DNA from: Antedon mediterranea | Taxonomy: Eukaryota > Animalia > Echinodermata | NCBI RefSeq assembly: GCF_964355755.1 | Contig: NC_092676.1 | Span: 22,772,871-22,836,870, forward strand | Length of the DNA stretch: 64,000 nt | Reading direction: 5' to 3' | Shown here: positions 58,288 through 64,000 of the stretch, one piece after another | Layout: each line of letters begins with the position of its first letter | Position numbering within the stretch: the stretch's first letter is position 1 | The notes under the pieces: generated by a model | Databases searched by the model: none | Seen by the model: the letters and a program-made list of their open reading frames with translations, nothing else | What the model was told of the DNA's origin: nothing | Program-made: the position numbers and the translations under genes

Positions 58288-61200
58288 AATGTCTATTAAA
58301 ATGAAAAACGATCATTACAACATAATTAATACCTGTGCTTTGTTTAAAGATTGTCTATATATTTATCGTAAAGGTAAACTAAACTAAAAGGCAAAACATA
58401 ATAATATCGGAATTTATTAACCAGAAAATAAATGCCTTTTCGAGTAATTACTTACGAGTAACATAAATAAGTGTTTTGACTTGACATAATATTTCATTGT
58501 GGCGTTGGGCAATGTAATACATATTTATAACCAGTGCAGTAACTTTAGGTTAGGCCTTCTCACGATTGAATGTGGCAATTCTTGAGAATAGCGAAAATTC
58601 TTTAATTTAACTCCAACAAAGCGAGTGAGTTAAAACAACATCTCCTTTCAATTTAAGGTGTTCTAAAGAAGGGGTTCTGCTATGTTAAGATGTTTACTTA
58701 ATAATGGTAATTAATTTGATTTCAATTTCTATGGTTTCCATATTTTTCAATATTTATTTATCATGTTTGGTTTGCCTATTTTTTTTAATCAACCGATACG
58801 AACTAATCTCTCTAATATAACAGTCGTTGACATACTGGCACTGCAACAATTCTGTCAACTCAATGTCATATTATGTAACATCAGATAATAGCCATGCCAT
58901 CATGGTTTCTACTTCATTAAATTTAAATACAAACTATACACATTACTGTTGTTCCAGATGGAATACTCATCGAAAAGGGATATTTTATGTGGAAACACAG
59001 GTAATAATTCATATTGTTATTAAAATACATATTCTACTGCCGACTACCTGCGTCATTACTTTAATGACGCTCTAAATGATTTCCCCGTGACATTGAGTTT
59101 TAAAAATAAAATGCTATTTCTAATCCAGACCCTATCATTGCCTTATAAAGGTATATGAGGTGGGCTAATAATGCGCGTATTAAAATAGTTCCACGTGACA
59201 AGATTGTCGGTATTTCCGGCAGTTTAAGAGCCCCTCATAAAAATAAACGTATTTTCTTTAGTTATTTGTTTGACGGAGACTTCAATAGTAAGAATTTCTT
59301 TTTGATTGGTCTACGTTTTATTGGCAATAATGTTTCTTCTGTTTATTGTAAGTTAAATGACATACGGTACATATTTGTGTCTATTTTATGTGTATTATGT
59401 TTCCTTCACGAATTCCAACACGAGACTGTTTGGTTCAAATCATTTATCACAGTAACAGTAGTTTTCTCTCCTTTCTAATTATGCAATTGTAATAAATTAC
59501 TGTTCTAACAAATACTGTTCTAATAATAGTATTAGGTCAAATTTCTTTTGTTGCAAATAAATTTACAAAAACAAATACGCCCCAACGTCGATGTGATTTC
59601 CCCTCTTCTTTTGTTAACCTAACTTCTTGACCCCTTGTCCTCTATGATAGGTTTTACTGGTGTTTGGTGAGAATTGTGGCCATACCTAATGACACTGTAC
59701 TTTAAAGTGTGCCCAACAAGTATCCACCCTTTATGCAAATCAGCAAATTTGTTTTCGTGAATTACTTTATCGCAGAACTTATGATAGAAATATATGATTA
59801 TGATATTTTTTAACATTACTTTTTTTAAGTTTATAGCAGGCTGGTTTATATAGCTTCATTCAGTTGAAAACCCCGTACACATACAATAGGAACGTGAACG
59901 GACTTCGTTCTTTCAACAAACATCCACATTTAGGCCTATGTAAATCAGCACATTTTCAGAACAGTTAACCAGTTTATCACAGAACTTCCGTATAAATTAT
60001 GATTATGATTGAACTTCAGGTGAAAAAAAAAAAACGTACGCATACATATTTTGAACGTAAAACAGTTCGGCAGTACAAACAAAATTTTTAATACTATTAC
60101 ACATTGATGTTAATAAAAACTGAGGGTATAAACCATGACATTCCCTTTATACACGTCGTTATTAAATGGTTCGGGCAAGTCTCAGTAGTATAACAACGCT
60201 CTACGTCAGCTTTACTATTCATAGATTTCGAATATTTAGAATTCCCTTAGTAATTAGTGCTATCTGCTGTATTTGGAAATTAAAACAACCCACATTGGGG
60301 CTTCTGATATTACACATTCATATAATGTCACCTGATCAAATACTTTTATAAATAAATTACGTTCACTCGATATGAAAATTGTATATCATCTGTATATTAC
60401 AGGTTTGAATTGTGACAAAAATATGTACAGTATGTGTGTCATAGTATCATAGCAAATTCCTCAATATATCATCCCATGTGCATCACACGTGTGGTTCTTG
60501 TATCATGGAATTTTCCTGTGATACTGTACAATTTTACAGTACCGAGAATTGGTTGATAGTATCCCGTCTAAAAGGTAGTATTATGAGTATTGAATGAACT
60601 TGCCGGATACTTCCGCTTTTATGACTGACAGACATGCCGACGTTTAATTCGAAAAAAAAATTGCTGGATTTAAAACGATAATACATATCTGCATTTGTTT
60701 CACTTATGACATCATTATGATACGTCAAAAGTTTACGATGTAATTTGTTTTAAGAGCTGCAATACAAAAAACACTCTCAACATGTTAATCTCTATTGAAA
60801 CTTGCAGGAAATATCAACATTGGTTGTAATTTATTACATCCAAAAAGCTTAATACTACATCCACTCCCGTGTGAATTGGCTATGCGATGGGAGGATTATA
60901 CGGTGATATTCAGTGAACCTAATCCAGCGAGTAATTAGTGTTGTGAGCGGCGTATGATGTATCAATAGTCGTATAAGAATATCATATCATAACGTGCTAA
61001 CTATTTTTATTCGCAGTCTTTCTCTCATCACATAACACAAAGTTTCTTTCTCACCCGAAGGTAAGTCTATGCTTTTTATTTGTATAACGATAATATGCAA
61101 ATTGCATGGTTGATGCTACTATACCTTGCGTTGTAATTGTGAATCTCGTTTCATTATTGCGCCGGTGACATCCGAGATGAAACTAGGAGATAAACTAATT

Positions 61201-62012
61201 CCAGCATAGGAGATACGTGAGTAAAACTATACAAACGACGTTTTAAGTTTTATTAATGTTAAAATGATTTATATTGACTGGACGGTGTCAGCAGCCGTTT
61301 TAGACGTAACGTACGAGAGAAGGTAGACATAAAATGGACAGGATGATTGCTTTACGTGGATGTATATTTTGCTTTAATCGTCTCTATAAATTTATAAAAT
61401 TTCGGAGAAGGTAGGCAGTATGTACGAAGTTTGTGTTTTATGTGGATACGTGCTATTCTGTCCTCGTCCCCAAATCTCATATTTGTTTAAACAAGGTAAG
61501 CTACTGCATCGTACATTACGCTTGCGTTTGTATTTTTGTGGAGGCCTATTATTTTCTTTATTTGTCCCTATAGATAATTCGCGCATTAAAAAGGTAGAGT
61601 ATGTTAACGGTACGTCAAATTATGCTTAAGTTTGTGTTTCACGTGGACATACTATCTATTCTCTCGTCTCCAAATCTATTAACAACATTTATGCCAATGT
61701 ATGCTGTGTAATGTTTGTGATTTTTTTGTGAATTCCAATTTCTTTTAATTGTCATATATTAACCTCGCATTACAGTTAGGCTATATTCACGTATTCAGTG
61801 CTTTGTCTGTGCTTCACCTTCACCTGGATACACAGAGCCTTTGTTTTAATCGTCCGTTTTACATTTCTGCCATTGTCACGGCTATATGTAAATATTGAGA
61901 AAGACGCTAGCTCCCCAGCAGACGCCAAAACCTTCCCTTACAATTCTTGTCATTTTGATACATGTAGGTGGTGATGTAATATACATATAGCGGAACGTAT
62001 ATACTTTCACTC

Positions 62013-62184
62013 TAAAATTTGATTTCCTACTAGGACGAAAACAGACGTAGATACAAACGCAAGCGACTTTACCAATGGCAATTAATTAGCGACAGACAAC
62101 AATAATCCATAGCGTGTGATTGATCAACTCACTTGCGTTGCGCTTACGTCCTTTCGTTGCGTCCTCTAATGGGAACGAAGTTTA
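62013..62184. mobile_element. Diverged copy of the 49749 MITE
   Basis: AACGCAAGCG..ACCAATG..GTGATTG..CACTTGCGTTGCG..GGGAAC is collinear with 49749-49927. Confidence 0.7.
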
Positions 62185-64000
62185 TTAGCCTACATTTGGT
62201 GTTTGACGTAGATGCACTAGGCCTAGTGTACACATTATTTTACCTGTGTAAGTACGTAACTGGGATCCTTGCTAGCTTGTCTCACGAGGACCAAGTACGA
62301 TAATGTACTAAATGGTGCTGTCATTAGTATTAATTTGCTCTTAATTATAGTGCGTACTAATTCCACTTGGCTGTGAAATAAATAACATATGGCAGCAAGG
62401 CTTATAACATGAGCCTATACTATATATAGCATAATTATATAACTATATCCAACATAACGCCGAATACAATTGTACCGAATACCGGCCAGGTCATTTGTTA
62501 CTTGTAAAAATGCAAACAGAAATATGTCGATTGTATTATGTAAAATCCACTTCATTTTTATTACCATTGTCAAACTTACTTTATTATGAGTAATTTTAGG
62601 ATTGTATTACGCTTTTCGTACTGTGTTTCACTTATTAAGCATGACGTATGTATTCCTGAATATAATGTATAACATTGTTTAATTACAACGACGTTGAAAT
62701 AGCGAGACATTATATTTACCACATTCCTCTGAGGTAGGCTGCAATCGTATATACAATATATATAAAAGTAATGGGACACATTTGGCGCCCAACAAAGTGT
62801 GCCCCCCCCCCCATTAAGAGTTTACCCAGAATAGAGTTTGGTCATTGTACCCAAATACCCTCGTTTGTTTCATGAAAGCGGCCTACCAGAGTAAGGGTGT
62901 CCCCGTTCTAGTAGGCATTATACAACGAAATATGAATGTTTTTCAAAGTCGATTCAGTTAATTCTTATAATAATATTATATACTTTTGAAATTGTATATA
63001 ATTCTCTCTTCAATTTCTACCTAATTACATTATCTTTATTGTCCATCAAATTATGGAATACCCAGTGTCACATGTATCACATCTGACGTGTGTATCATGG
63101 GTCATAACGCTTATAATATAAACCCCTACAAAATAGACGTGCCATGTAATTTTTCGTGTTGTGAATTTTCTTTTTTTGAAATACACAGTACAGAGAATAT
63201 GGTGAATGGATTTATCTATTTTTGCTCTCATAACCCAGATAAAGAGAACAAACCTCAAAGAAAGACCTTTGTTCAGATGTTGTAAATTGTGTTGTAAATA
63301 ATAAATCGTTTTTGGATTTAGCTTTTACAATTGATAAATGTGTCCAATTAGGTAAACAAGAATTACCCTTTAAATTTGGAATTCAACCTCAACATATGGT
63401 TATAAGTTAGTTCTTTCTAACATCAGAGCATTACGCAACAGGAAAAAAATGTTATTAGGCAAATTTAGGTTTTAGGTAATTTACGAGAAGTGCAGAAATG
63501 TTGGCAAATCAGGTAGTCGATAAAGTGTGTGTACGAAGTTGTTGAGTTCATGAGATAAAATATCTCTGTTCCACTTTTAGATAACACTTGCTTTATTGTT
63601 TCTTTATTGATGAAGTTGTTCTAATTCTTCTTGAAATGTAGGTCTGTTTATGTAGCAGAGTGACGTATCTTTGCTTAATGTGGTTAATATATAGATTGTT
63701 ACGAATATAGCTGGGGATATATTAAAATAAACGACACTACATCATGACTTCTGTATACTATAAGTAGTGGAGTTGGCAATTTGACTATTGTTTGCTATAA
63801 AGGTGTATTTTCCTCCAAAAATATGAACAATAAAGATTAATTAAATCAGACTTTGAATAGGTTATTTTGTAGTTTTGATAAAGGTAATCCCTTCCGTAAA
63901 AAAAAAATAATGTTTTCTCATATAGAATGACAAAATAAATGGTCAAGTTCAACCAAAAACCCATTGGCTGGCAGCAAATGTGACTACTGTATTTTGCTTT

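Noticed and set aside
62776-62795. TGGCGCCCAAC resembling an LTR primer-binding site
   Set aside because: The match stops at 11 nt, and no LTR pair or gag/pol sequence is nearby.
51100-64000. Numerous 60-110 aa ORFs
   Set aside because: Low-complexity AT-rich translations with no recognisable motifs; expected by chance.

Overview
AT-rich eukaryotic (invertebrate animal) genomic DNA with spliceosomal introns. Host genes: an intact 20-finger C2H2 zinc-finger gene (4872-6617), a paralogous zinc-finger gene disrupted by a transposon (15819-~20900), a single-coding-exon Ser/Thr kinase on the minus strand (21334-22167) and a four-exon LIX1L orthologue (44477-51067). Transposable elements: two 5'-truncated LINEs, a Sola2-like DNA transposon that is itself interrupted by a tRNA-derived SINE, Kolobok-, hAT-, Harbinger- and Helentron-like non-autonomous elements, and 20-50 bp P-like micro-elements. 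The most unusual part is 27.7-44.1 kb, a non-coding nested-palindrome complex. It contains oppositely oriented arrays of a ~100-bp hairpin satellite and a 7.2-kb IS3EU-like fold-back insertion with ~3.5-kb arms and a 6-bp TSD. It also contains ~610-bp palindromic units with (TTAGGG)2 whose core is homologous to the turn-around point of the fold-back. All coordinates were read by eye. Family assignments rest on recalled terminal/TSD rules and protein motifs, not on database searches.
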